From: Chiloscyllium plagiosum
Taxonomy: Eukaryota
Length of the DNA: 64,000 nt
Direction: 5' to 3'
NCBI RefSeq assembly: GCF_004010195.1
Contig: NC_057719.1
Coordinates: forward strand, 82,878,474-82,942,473
Part shown: positions 39,880 through 51,850 of the stretch, in pieces
Numbering within the stretch: the stretch's first letter is position 1
How the letters are laid out: each line of letters opens with the position of its first letter
Notes under the pieces: generated by a model
Seen by the model: only the letters and a program-made list of their open reading frames with translations
Told to the model about the DNA's origin: nothing
Databases searched by the model: none
Position numbers and translations under genes: made by a program

Positions 39880-40430
39880 GAGTGATTTTGTATTGCTGTA
39901 GCACCTTTGTAATTTCCCAAAATACTTTCGTGTCACTCTGCGATAAAGGTTTAAGATAATAATTGTAATGTAGACTTATTTGCCAACTAGTTGACAAATA
40001 TAAGCTCTTTCAACCAGCAAATAAGCTATTAACCAGATCATCTACTCTGACGTTGATTGAGGAATAATCATTGACCAGGTTTGCAGGGGAGGACTTCATG
40101 CTGTTCTTCGCAATATTACCATCAGATCTTTCATATCCATGAATTGGTTGGGTTAATTGACCAGCTTCTTTGTCCTGCTTCCTATTTAATCCATCTCTAA
40201 CTGTATCCATCTCTTAACCTCCACAACCTGATGAAGGAACAGTGCTCCGAAAGCTAGTACTTCTAAATAAATCTGTTGGACCATAACTTGGTGTTGTGTG
40301 ATTTTTAACTCTGACTGTATAGTACTCTCTCAATGCTGCATTGGAGCATGTAAGCCTGGATTTATGTGCTCAAGTCCTGTAACTTAGCTCGAGCTTCCAA
40401 TGTTCTGAACCTTTACCACAGAGTTTTAGC
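39880..40430 (-). mobile_element. DeuSINE (SacSINE1/AmnSINE1-like) interrupted by a PLE end at ~40219-40310
   Basis: Deu-domain-like sequence gttgattgaggaataa..gaccagg..gctgttcttcgcaatattaccat..gatctttcatatcca. Confidence 0.6.
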
Positions 40431-41068
40431 TGATATTTCTAAGTTGGACCTTTTACACTTAAATACACAATGTTATAGAACATCTTTGGGAAAGGTATTG
40501 CGTGTGGTGATTCATGAATGCATGTGTTTTGCATGAATGCACGCATGAATGCAACACTTTTATATTCTCCAGGCCACATTTTGTAAAATTGTGTGCGCGG
40601 TGTTGATTCAGCGGGTGGACTCATTTACATTTGTTTGAATATGTTTACTTAATGGGCAGGATTACACGTGTTTATTTGCCATTACCAGAAAAAGGCATAC
40701 TGGTTACTGCAGGGGATTATTGAATATCTGATGATGCTGTGTGTTACTGCTCTAAATACATAGAATTTAGAACACAAACAGGTCCTACAATTGGTCAATT
40801 TTTTGTGTTGCACATGAGCCTCCACACATCTCTTCTCATCGGACCCCATTAGCCCTTTATCATCCTTTCTTCCTCACATGCTTAGCATAAAAATATTTAA
40901 GGTAAAACAAATTTTGTCTGAATCACTCCCACGTGGTAGCAAATTCTCAATTCTCACCAGTACTGTGTATAATTCCACTGTTTGCTTCTGGTGGGTAATG
41001 CAAGATTTGGTTGCATGTGTGATGAACTTGCTGATCTTATTAAACTGGCTGTGTGGTACCTTTTACAG

Positions 41069-41238
41069 TGGAGTATGGCGGGGCTGGAGGTGGATACCTG
41101 GATCATGTCCTGGTTATGGAGGAAATAAGCCGTGTGTCGGCTGCCATCGGCCTCAGTTACGGAGCACATTCCAACCTGTGTATCAATCAGCTGGTGAGGA
41201 ACGGGAACGAAGAGCAGAAGCAGAAATACTTACCCAAG
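41069..41238 (+). CDS. IVD: IVD exon 4
   Basis: tttacag|(V)[56 protein letters not shown]|gtatga; 170 nt. Confidence 0.97.
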
Positions 41239-41355
41239 GTATGACACTAAGTGGCACAAAGCTCCAGTCATCCTTGAATTGAATTATTGCAACATGCTCA
41301 ATAACCATGAAGTCCTTGCTCACTGATAAGCCATCCTTCATATCTAAATGAAATT

Positions 41356-41643
41356 TTAGATTAGATTCCCTACAGTGCGGAAACAGGTCCTTCGGCCAAA
41401 CAAGTCCACACCTACCCTCCGAAGAATAACCCACCCAGACCCATTTCCCCTATTAATGCACCTAACACTATGGGCAATTTAGCATGGCCAATTTACTTGA
41501 CCTGCACATCTTTGGATTGCGGGAGGAAACCCACGCATACATGGGGAGAGTGTGCAAACTCCATGCAGACAGTTGCCTGAGACTGGAATCGGACCTGGGT
41601 CCCTGGTGCTGAGAGGCAGCAGTGCTAACCACTGAGCCACTGT
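41356..41643 (-). mobile_element. HE1-like V-SINE
   Basis: Head, V-domain with a small deletion, (CTAAT) tail. Confidence 0.88.
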
Positions 41644-42719
41644 GAGAGGTCTCTAAAAGATAATCTCTGATTCAAAGACACCAGAACCATTGAGAGTCCA
41701 GTTAGAGTATAGATACTGTACCAAAAGCATGTAAGTACCAATATAGTAGTGTAAATAGCTAACAGAACTGAGTTACATTGTCAGCTTTACAGTGCACGCT
41801 TTCTAAAGATAAAGCAGCTCTGGATGTCTTCACCATATCTGACAAGCATCAGGCTTCTAGCAGTGAGCCCACATCTCAGTGTGCGCTGCAAAAGCCTTTT
41901 CCATCAACATTGACATGATAATATAGCCAACCCAAAGTTTGTTCAGTTAAAGAATGTGAATTTAGGGCAACTATGGGAACGTTCTACTTTTTTAGTTCAA
42001 CTGCTGTCCTACATAAAAGGCTGAGAAGAGTTAGATGACAACACCTGCATTTATTTCTAGGCTTCAGATTTCGATTAGATATATTTCTTAAAGGATGAAA
42101 GATTTAGGGAGAAAGGAGGAACAGGGTACTGACTTGGAAGATCAGCCATGGTCATGTCGAATGGCAGGACAGGTTCGAAGGGCCGAATGGCTTATTTCTC
42201 CTGTTTTCTATGTTTCAAGGGATGTTGGTACGCTGTATACTTATTCCAGTTTATTGAAAGTTGGTCTTATTGCTCTAACAAAGCATGCCTAACTGGACAT
42301 CTCCCATTATTTCATATGTCACTGAGATGATCTAAGCTGACATTATAAGCTAAATACGATAATGTTCTGAAGAAGGGTCTCTGGACTTGAAACATTATCT
42401 CTGCTTTCTCTCCACAGGTGTTGTCAGGCATGCTGAAGGTCACCAGCAATTTCTGTTTTAGTAATATAAGGCCATAAGGTATAGGACAGAAATTAGACGA
42501 TTCAGCCCATCGAGTCTGCTCTGCCACTCAGTCATGGCTGATAGGTTTCTCAGCCCCATTCTCCCCATAACCCTTGATCCTGAAGAACCTAATAAGACAA
42601 TAAGTAAAAGGTGTTCATCTGAGAGTCTGGCTGGCTTCAAATTCTTACAGACTGCATCAGTTCAAATACAATAAGTCTTTTTTTAATAGATCTTAACATT
42701 TTCTTGCAATAAAAGCATT

Positions 42720-43362
42720 TGGGAATCTGAAATAGAAGCAGAAAATGCTAGAAAAGTGGCAGCATCTGGGGAGAGAGAAACAATTAATGCTCTAAGTTAC
42801 ATCCGACGAAAAGTTCTTTTTGGAACTGAAGGAATTTGGCAAGGTTTTATGCCAATGAAAGAACAAAAGGGAAAGTCTGGGAGTGGACGGAGGGTGGGAG
42901 AGATTAAATGACAAAAGATGCCATGGAACAAATGGCAAAGGGAGTAGTAATGGTTGTAGGAACGAAACAAAATGTTTGTCCAGACTTTGAATAGCAGAAT
43001 AATGAATGTTTTTGGACAGAGACAATAACTTCAAAAGCCAGGTTCAGACTGACACATGGCAAAACAAAAAAACATACTCAGAATTGTGGGACTGGATTCA
43101 TGGTCTGAAATTGTTGCAATCAATGCTGAGTCCAGAAGCTGAAGATGAAGTGCTGTTCCCCAAACCTGTGTCAAACTTTCACAGGAACACTGAGCACTGA
43201 GACTTGAGAGTAGGAGCAAGGTGCTGGATTAAAATAACAAGCAGTGCTTAGAAACTTGGAAACAAAAATAGCAATTGCTGAAAGAGTTCAGCAGGATCTG
43301 GCAGTATCTGTGGAGAGAAATCAGAGTTAACGCTTTGGGTGGAGTGACCCTTCCTCAGAACA
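42720..43362 (-). mobile_element. Old PLE 3' fragment plus a short PLE terminal piece (43261-43362)
   Basis: Terminal motif aaatgct..gcagcatctg.ggagaga, and reverse-strand EQHFIF..LG..IDCNNF resembling the PLE endonuclease C-terminus. Confidence 0.6.
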
Positions 43363-43413
43363 AGAAGCTTGGGGCATGCTTGCAGACGAGGCAGAGGTAT
43401 CCCACAAAGCTAG

Positions 43414-43659
<246 letters not shown>

Positions 43660-44703
43660 TGAGACCAAAGTTCTCTCTATTTAGCCCAGAGATTCCCTTG
43701 TGAAACAAAAATTGGACACATTTTACTTACCTTCAGGTGAGCCCAAGTTCATGATGTGAAACGTCCCATATTATGGTGTTAAATTGATAAGTGATATTGG
43801 ATTTGAGTCTGCCATAGGTGTGTGCCTTCTCAGATTCAGTGGTGCCGTTACTTTCTGTAAATGACTTGAATGTTTTTGTATGGGAATTGGTTTGCTCCGG
43901 CCCCTGTCTACGAGTGTAGTAGCGTGTGACCAAGAGGGTAAGACAATCTCACTTTTGGTCTGAACTGGATGTACCATTCAACAAGGCAAAACTTGGATTC
44001 GAGTAATTAAATTCTTCCATTCTGTGGTAAGGCAGAAAGTGCAGATCAACAGCTGTGATCAGAGTTACGTAGTCTAGTTGGTGCCACCTACGTTTGCACG
44101 ATGATATAAAATAATGAACACGTGACATTGCCCCACTTTTGATGGTTGTCGTGCTTAACTTGAAACTAAATATAACGTCTTTGTATGCTGTCCTACATTT
44201 CCTTTGATGATTTTGCTGGCTGGGTGCCCGTTCCCAAAAAACAGATTGTCTTCCTTGATTCAGTCTTTCTCCTGACTGCAAGCAGTTTGGTTTCTGGGGA
44301 AACAACTTATGGTTGGTACTCTGAGTACTGTGCCTGACAACTGACTTCAAATTCACAGCCTAGCCCAAAACACATTTCAAAGTCGTTTCTATCTGAATCT
44401 TATTTTGCAACAAGGTGCCCAGTGACTCAATTATGCCAGTAACCTTCAGAAAGTCAAAAGCTTGGCTGGTGTGACACATGTTCCATTTAATGCAGCAGTG
44501 GGTTATCTTCTGCAGTTGGAAGCCAGATCCCTGTGTGGGGAAAACTGCATCCAATTTTGTTTCTTGTAGTTGCTGACCATTTACATTTGGAAAATGAACA
44601 GGGCACGTTCTTTATGATAGGAAGTTATTTGATCTTTTTTGTTCAATCTAATTCCATTAATCAAGGTGTTTTGCTGACTGAGAGTTGTTTTTTTTAATGT
44701 AAG

Positions 44704-44840
44704 GTGATTACTATGTTCTCAATGGCAACAAGTTCTGGATTACCAATGGGCCTGATGCTGATGTCCTCATTGTTTATGGCAAAACGGACATTAATGCCAA
44801 GCCGGCTTCCCGTGGTATCACCGCGTTCATTGTGGAGAAG
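44704..44840 (+). CDS. IVD: IVD exon 6
   Basis: atgtaag|(G)[45 protein letters not shown]|gtaaca; 137 nt. Confidence 0.97.
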
Positions 44841-44954
44841 GTAACATTTTGTCCTGTAATGTCCTTCTGGGGATATTTAGCGCATTAGACGTTTGTAAAT
44901 GACAATTACTTTCTCTCTACGTTCAGTGATTGAAAAGATTGGCTCAGGGCTGCA

Positions 44955-45500
44955 TCAGAGTCAAGATTAGAGTGGAGCTGGAAAAACACAGCAGGTCAGG
45001 CAGTATCCGAGGAGCAGGAAAATCAACATTTCCAGCAGGAGCCCTTAATCAGGAATGAGGCTGGAAGCCTCGGGGATGAGGCTGGGGAGAAGGTAGTTGA
45101 GAGTGCAGTAGGTGGATGGAGGAAGAGGTAAAGGTGATAGGTCGGAGAGGAGGGTGGAGCGAACAGGTGGGAAGGGAGATTGGCAAGTAGGACAGGTCAT
45201 GAGGATGGTGTTGAGCTGGAAGATTGGAACTGGGGGAAGGTGGGGGAGGGGAAATGAGGAAACTGATGAAGTCCACGTTGATGCCCCGGAGCTGAAGGGT
45301 TCTGAGGTGGAAGATGAGGCGCTCTTCCTGCAGGCGTCGGGTGGGGAGGGAGAGGGATGGATGAGGCCCAGGACCTGCATGTCCTCAGCAGACAGGGGGC
45401 CGGCGGGGGAAGTTAAAATGTTTGGCCATGGGGCAGTGGGGTTGATTGGTGTGGGTGTCCTGGAGATGTTCCCTAAAACGCTCTGCGAGAAGGCATCCAG
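44955..45500 (-). mobile_element. PLE 3' fragment (GIY-YIG C-terminus + terminal region)
   Basis: Minus strand LAERFREHLQDTHTNQPHCPMAKHFN..EDMQVLGL..RLIFHL..GINVDF. Confidence 0.8.
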
Positions 45501-45633
45501 AGAGTCTTGGCAAAGTGCTGTCTCCTCTCACGTGATCAGGTATCAGCTTATAGAGCTCACGGCTGGGAGTGGTGATCATGGGTCCTTGTGTGTGGAGCTC
45601 ACAGCAATCGTGGCACTGTGTCTGTATACCAAA

Positions 45634-46069
45634 CTCAGGCTGGGAGCAGTAATCGAAGCTGTGTGTGTATATGGAGCTCAGGCTAGGAGCAGTAATCGAA
45701 GCTGTGTGTGTCTATGGAGCTCAGGCTGGGAGCAGTAATCGTGCTGTGTGTGTATATATGGAGCTCAGGCTGGGAGCAGTAATCGAAGCTGTGTGTGTCT
45801 ATGGAGCTCAGGCTGGGAGCAGTAATCGGGCTGTGTGTGTATATGGAGCTCAGGCTGGGAGCAGTAATTGGGCTGTGTGTGTATATATGGAGCTCAGGCT
45901 GGGAGCAGTAATCGAAGCTGTGTGTGTATATGGAGCTCAGGCTGGGAGCAGTAATCGGGCTGTGTGTATATATGGAGCTCAGGCTGGGAGCAGTAATCGG
46001 GGCTCTGTATGTGTATATGGAGCTCATGCTGGGAGCAGTAATCGGGGCTCTGTGTGTGTATATGGAGCT
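45634..46069. repeat. Minisatellite, ~10 copies of a 42-45-bp unit
   Basis: Unit ctcaggctgggagcagtaatcgaagctgtgtgtgtatatggag; degenerate precursor copies from ~45550. Confidence 0.95.
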
Positions 46070-46206
46070 AGGTGAGATGGAAACAATGGTTTTATATACC
46101 AAAAGATGTGGTTTAGACTATCCCCAAAATAGCTGCGTTCTTCCACTTTGACCCTGTTGTAAGTCAGGAATTAGATCTTTCTACATGCTGCCAAGAATGT
46201 CTGTCA

Positions 46207-47330
46207 ATGTCTACCTTCTCATCAAAATCAACCAACTGGACTGTCTGGCCGTACTTTTGTTTCATCTGTTACTGCCTGACCAAAGCTATTTTGTCCTGTC
46301 TGGTCCAGTCCCTTCTCACTTACATCCACCATTCTTCTGACACTCTGTGTCAGCCTTCAAAGATTACAGTTTACACACGCCAGCTCCCTCAATGTCACCT
46401 TGGGCATGCAATCTCTTTATACTTCAATTTCCCCCCCCCTCCATCAGGATGGTCTCAGGGCTCTCCACTTCTTCCTGGAGCAAAGACCTGAACCATCCCC
46501 ATCTACCACCACCCTCCTCTGCCTGGCCGAGCTCACCCTCGCCCTAAACAACTTCTCTTCTAACTCCTCTCCCTTTCTCCAAGTCAAGGGGTGGCCATGG
46601 GTACCCGCATGTACTCAGTTATGCCTATCTCTTTGTGGGGTATGTGGAACATTCCTTGTTCCAGTCCTGCTCCAGGCCCTGCCAATGTCGCTTTCTGCAG
46701 TACATCAATTATATTGATGGTGCTATTTCCCCCCGCTTGTCTGGTACTGGAAAAATTAATCAGTTTGCTTCCAATTTCCATTCTTTCCTCACCTTCACCT
46801 GATCTATCTCTGACTCCTCCCTTACTTGACATTTCTGTTTCTATTTCTGAGGATAGGCTGGCCACCAATATCAGGGAAAGTGAGGATCGCAGGTGCTGGA
46901 GATCAGAGTTGAGACTGTGGTGCTGGAAAAGCACAGCAGGTCAGGCAGCATCCGAGGAGCAGCAGAATTGCCGTTTCGAGCATAAGATCTTCATCAGGAA
47001 GAAGCGTTGATTTTTCTGCTCCTTGGATGCTGCCTAACCTGCTGTGCTTTTCCAGCACACACTTACGACTCTGACCACGAATATCCACTACAAACGCACC
47101 AACTCCCACAGTTACCTCGACTATACATCCTCTCACCCTGCCATTCTCCTAGTTTCTCTGTCTCTGTCGCATCTCTGATGATGCTGTCTGCCACCTTCTT
47201 CCTCAACCAAGGATTCCCCCGCACTGTGGTTGACAGGGCTGTGTCGGACCCATTTCCTCCACTTCTTCCCTCCCACAATTATAACAGGATCCCTCTTTTT
47301 CTTATACTCCCACCCTCCCTTGTCAGTATT
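46207..47330 (+). mobile_element. PLE RT fragment (interrupted at 46873-47074)
   Basis: QSLYTSI..HQDGLRALHFFLEQRP..TLLCLAELTL.LNNFS..LQVKGVAMGTRM. Confidence 0.85.
46873..47074. mobile_element. Short fold-back PLE-terminus element
   Basis: Inverted arms gtgctggaaaagcacagcaggtcaggcagcatcc / ggatgctgcctaacctgctgtgcttttccagcac; TSD ccac(c/g)aatatc. Confidence 0.85.
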
Positions 47331-47510
47331 TTTGTAGGAGTCCTTCCCTTCTAAGGCCCCATACATATATGTCCCCATTTCCCCCCCCTTTCGTTTGTTC
47401 TCTCTATGCCCTTTTCTCTCTCTGTCTGTTTCTGTCTCTCTCTGTATGACTTCCACTGACCCCCTCTGTTCCCCCATCTCTGTCTCATTTCACCTCACCG
47501 TCTCATCTTC

Positions 47511-48207
47511 NNNNNNNNNNNNNNNNNNNNNNNNNNNNNNNNNNNNNNNNNNNNNNNNNNNNNNNNNNNNNNNNNNNNNNNNNNNNNNNNNNNNNNNNNN
47601 NNNNNNNNNNNNNNNNNNNNNNNNNNNNNNNNNNNNNNNNNNNNNNNNNNNNNNNNNNNNNNNNNNNNNNNNNNNNNNNNNNNNNNNNNNNNNNNNNNNN
47701 NNNNNNNNNNNNNNNNNNNNNNNNNNNNNNNNNNNNNNNNNNNNNNNNNNNNNNNNNNNNNNNNNNNNNNNNNNNNNNNNNNNNNNNNNNNNNNNNNNNN
47801 NNNNNNNNNNNNNNNNNNNNNNNNNNNNNNNNNNNNNNNNNNNNNNNNNNNNNNNNNNNNNNNNNNNNNNNNNNNNNNNNNNNNNNNNNNNNNNNNNNNN
47901 NNNNNNNNNNNNNNNNNNNNNNNNNNNNNNNNNNNNNNNNNNNNNNNNNNNNNNNNNNNNNNNNNNNNNNNNNNNNNNNNNNNNNNNNNNNNNNNNNNNN
48001 NNNNNNNNNNNNNNNNNNNNNNNNNNNNNNNNNNNNNNNNNNNNNNNNNNNNNNNNNNNNNNNNNNNNNNNNNNNNNNNNNNNNNNNNNNNNNNNNNNNN
48101 NNNNNNNNNNNNNNNNNNNNNNNNNNNNNNNNNNNNNNNNNNNNNNNNNNNNNNNNNNNNNNNNNNNNNNNNNNNNNNNNNNNNNNNNNNNNNNNNNNNN
48201 NNNNNNN
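47511..48207. other. Assembly gap (697 N) flanked by CT-rich low-complexity sequence
   Basis: Run of N inside IVD intron 6. No IVD exon is missing across it. Confidence 1.
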
Positions 48208-48550
48208 CTCGCTCTGCCCCACTCCCAGTCCCTCCCTCTCTCTCTCTCTCTCCCGCCTAAACCTCTCCCCCCAGCCTTCTCCCTTTTCCCCCCACCTTTT
48301 CCAAGCTGTTTCTTGATTAAGGGACTCAAAATATAAACTCTGTTTTCTCAATATTGTGTCTGACTTGCTAATTGACCAAGTTGATTACAGGAGGGCTGAT
48401 TATACACATCTACCTGCTTTCTCCATTAAAACCTTGTTCCAGTGTGGCTCAGAGTATCTGTCCATGCAGCCACGGTTTGTAATATTTGGTGTCCTTTTCT
48501 ATCTCATGCTTTATTTTTGGTATCCCCTTTACCCCTTGTTTGTCTTTAAG

Positions 48551-48647
48551 GGCATGCCTGGATTCAGTACGGCTCAGAAGCTGGATAAACTGGGAATGAG
48601 AGGCTCCAACACGTGTGAGCTAGTCTTTGAAGACTGCGAAGTGCCAG
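48551..48647 (+). CDS. IVD: IVD exon 7
   Basis: ctttaag|[32 protein letters not shown](A)|gtatta; 97 nt. Confidence 0.97.
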
Positions 48648-48730
48648 GTATTAAACTGTTCAATTTTTGGCTCTAATTTGGTACAAGTGGATTCAAGACT
48701 AACTTCGAAAAGTAATTACAGTACTACAGT

Positions 48731-49316
48731 TACTAGCTGATTTCATGTAAAAGTCAACCCCCTTTTTTCTTCCAAATAACCTGGAATTTTCCATATATCT
48801 CGTGTAAAGGTCGACCCTAGATCAACGTTTATGAGTCAGTGTGCCGGTCATCACATCCCGCTCCAGCTTTCCAGTTTGCTGGTTGTTCTGCTCTGCTCCT
48901 GGTCTTCCAGTCTGCTGGCTGTTGTCTACTGCTCTGGGTTTTCAGAATTACCATAATTAGTTTTTTTTATTCGTTTAGAGATCACTTGGGCTTCTGCTCA
49001 TGATACGATATGAAGTTTGACGGGCATGAATTTCAGACCCTCAAAAGTAGCATCCATGTAGTAGTCGACCCCATAATTTTAACCTTAAAAGGTAATCAAA
49101 AAAATTTGACTATTACTTGAGTATACACTAAGTTAAAAATCACATAACACCAGGTTATAGTCCAGCAGGTTTATTTGGAAGCCACCTGGTGAAGGAGTGG
49201 CACTCCAAAAGCTAATGCTTCCAAATAAACCTGTTGGACTATAACCTGGTGTATGATTTTTAACCTTGTCCACCCCTGTCCAACACCGCCGCCTCCAAGT
49301 CATTGAGTATATATGG
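48731..49316. mobile_element. Tc2/pogo-like MITE (right TIR interrupted)
   Basis: Right end tttgactattacttgagtatatatgg|TA (reverse complement resembles CCGTATATACTCGAG..GTCGA); internal repeats gtaaaagtcaaccc / gtaaaggtcgaccc / gtagtcgacccc. Left end is degenerate. Confidence 0.55.
49128..49302 (+). mobile_element. Short fold-back PLE-terminus element (second family)
   Basis: Arms aaaaatca..acaccaggttatagtccagcaggtttatttggaagc / gcttccaaataaacctgttggactataacctggtgt..tgattttt, a ~36-nt tail, TSD ttgagtata(c/t)a. Confidence 0.85.
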
Positions 49317-50050
49317 TAGGTATAATGTTGAAAAGGAAAAAGAAAAAATTGTAATGGATAAGAAGCAGGGGCGAATGGGGTTATTTGGATAGCCCTTACA
49401 AAGGTCTTGCACAGGCAAGATGGGCTGAATCACTTCCTTCCAAACTGATGGAAACTGATTTGTCAATTCGGCAGGTCTAGCCCTTGAGGATGTTGTAAGG
49501 ATTTGCTTCATAAATGTTTGATATATCATTCTGTGGCCATGCAACAGATAGTCGAACACTCCTTTCTTTCTCCAATCCGGATACAGGCTAATAAAACTAC
49601 AGTTATCAGTTACATTAGGGTAAGTGAGGCAAACATGTGTGAGTGGATCTGTTTTGTACTTGCACAGTACATTATAAAAATGTTGCCTTGTTCCCCCAAC
49701 TATTTTCAAATCATACAACAATAGACAGTCCAATTTGCAGTTAAATGTTTATGCCAGTCAGCTTCATGAATTTTAATAAGTACTGGAGTAAATCAAATTG
49801 ACAGGGTTCTTGTGACCTTTGATTTTTGTGCTGAAGAAAGTGACCAGGTACAAATCTCTGAAGTGATTAGATACACAGTGCATTAAGGATTCCTAGTAAA
49901 CAAAGTAACTAAGGTGATGTAACCTTTACAAAGGTCTGTTGCTATATTGGGGAGTGTCTGCCTCACTTGCATACACAGCTGCAGCACTGACCTGAACCCA
50001 CTTCTTAAAGACATGATGTTCATGTATCTACATGATATCTGTGATTTCAG

Positions 50051-50144
50051 CCAAAAATATCTTGGGAGAATTGAACAAAGGAGTCTATGTTTTGATGAGT
50101 GGTCTCGACTTGGAGCGACTTGTGCTGTCTGCTGGCCCTCTTGG
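50051..50144 (+). CDS. IVD: IVD exon 8 (contains catalytic Glu in GLDLERL)
   Basis: atttcag|(A)[30 protein letters not shown](G)|gtaagt; 94 nt. Confidence 0.97.
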
Positions 50145-50572
50145 GTAAGTAGTGATCTTCACTCAATTATCATTGTTCATGTGTCTCATCCTCTGAACAA
50201 ATGCTTGACAGTCTGATATGAAAGACATTGTTAAAATGCAAAGAGACACTTTTCAGTCAGTATATCTCAGATCTGAACTTTGCACTACTGGTTTCTGCTC
50301 TGAAATCCAGTGGGACTTTGAATGATTTTCTGCACCAGCTGAGATTACCATGAAGGTCCAGTCTTCTCAACTTTGCCCCTGACCAGAGGTGTGGTAATGC
50401 TCAAGCAATACCCTCATCCTGTGAATAAATAAAATAGTTCGACTACTACCGGGTACAGCTAGGCAATTTAACTACAAGAGGCATGTCAGCTGAGCCAGTT
50501 TCTTTCCAGGCATGTGGCATCAACCAGGGTTCATTGGCATCATTGACCATAAGGCCATCTGCCCCTTCGAGT

Positions 50573-51495
50573 CATAGAGATATACATCATGGAAACAGAC
50601 CTTTCAGTCCAACTCATTCATGCTGACCAGATTTCTTGAAATATTCCAGTCCCATTTGCCAGCATTTGGCCCGTATCCCTTGAAACCCTTCCTATTCATA
50701 TACCTATCCAGGTGCCTTTTAAATGTTGTAATTGTACTAGTCTCCACCACTTCTTCTGGCAGCTCATTCCACACATGCACCATCCTCTGCGTGAAAAAGT
50801 CGCCCCTTAGGTTCCTTTTAAATCTTTCCCTTCTCAACTTAAACCTATTCCCTCTAGTTTTGGACTCCCCCACCCCAGGGAAAAACCTTGTCTATTTACC
50901 CTAACAAGACTTCTCATGATTTTATAAACATCTATAAGGTCATCCCTCAGCATCCAATGTCCCAACCTATTCAGCCTCTCCCTATAGCTCAAACCCTCCA
51001 ACCCTGGCAATGTCCTTGTAAATCCTTTCAAGTTTCACAACATCTTACCTATAGCAGGGAGACCAGAATTGTACGCAGTATTCCAAAAGTGGCCTAACCA
51101 ATGTCCCATACAGCCGCAACATGACATCCCAACTCCTGTACTCAATGCACTGACCAATAAAGGTAAGCATACCAAATATCACCCTCACTATCCTAGATAC
51201 CTGTGACTCCATTTTCCAGGAGTTATGAACCTGCACTCCAAGGTCTCTGTTCACCAACAATCCCCAGGAGCTCACCATTAAGTATATAAGTCCTGCTCTC
51301 ATTTATCTTTTCAAAGTGCAGCACGTCACATTTGTCTAAATTAAACTCCATCTGCCACTCCTCTGTCCATTGGCCCATCTGATCACGATCCTGTTGTACT
51401 CTGAGGTAACCTTCTTCGCTGTCCACTACACCTCCAATTTTGGTGTCATCTGCCAACTTTCTAACCATACCTCCTATGTTCATATTCAAATCATC
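50573..51495 (-). mobile_element. CR1 3' fragment
   Basis: Minus strand LADDTKIGG, LVRPLLEYCVQFWSP, FFTQRMVHVWNELP and a tail. Confidence 0.9.
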
Positions 51496-51639
51496 TGACT
51501 CAGAGGTTATGGTTTCAAGTTACTCTGCTAAGAATTGAGCACATTTGCTTGTATTATGTAGCCATGTTTCTGTAATGGCAATTTATTCCTTAACCCAATG
51601 ACTCAGAGTGCGAATATAAACAAACTCTGACACCTAAAG

Positions 51640-51850
51640 CTGAAAATGTGTTGCTGGAAAAGCGCAGCAGGTCAGGCAGCATCCAGGGAACAGGAGAATC
51701 GACGTTTCGGGCATAAGCCCTTCTTCAGGAAGAAGGGCTTATGCCCGAAACGTCGATTCTCCTGTTCCCTGGATGCTGCCTGACCTGCTGCGCTTTTCCC
51801 GCAACACATTTTCAGCTCTGATCTCCAGCATCTGCAGGCCTCACTTTCTC
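51640..51850 (+). mobile_element. Very young fold-back PLE-terminus element
   Basis: 89-bp inverted arms with 1 mismatch, a 2-nt loop, a ~33-35-nt unpaired tail and a perfect 15-bp TSD ctctgacacctaaag. Confidence 0.93.

Noticed and set aside
43730..44420. Intronic snoRNA or alternative exon in repeat-poor intron 5
   Set aside because: I could not find a convincing box C/D pair with terminal stem, an H/ACA layout or a coding match.
45634..46102. Repetitive ORFs and CRISPR-like periodicity
   Set aside because: Units are contiguous with no unique spacers; this is a eukaryotic minisatellite with no cas genes.
47395..48351. Long ORFs (313, 279, 282 aa) in the ORF track
   Set aside because: They are artefacts of translating the N gap.
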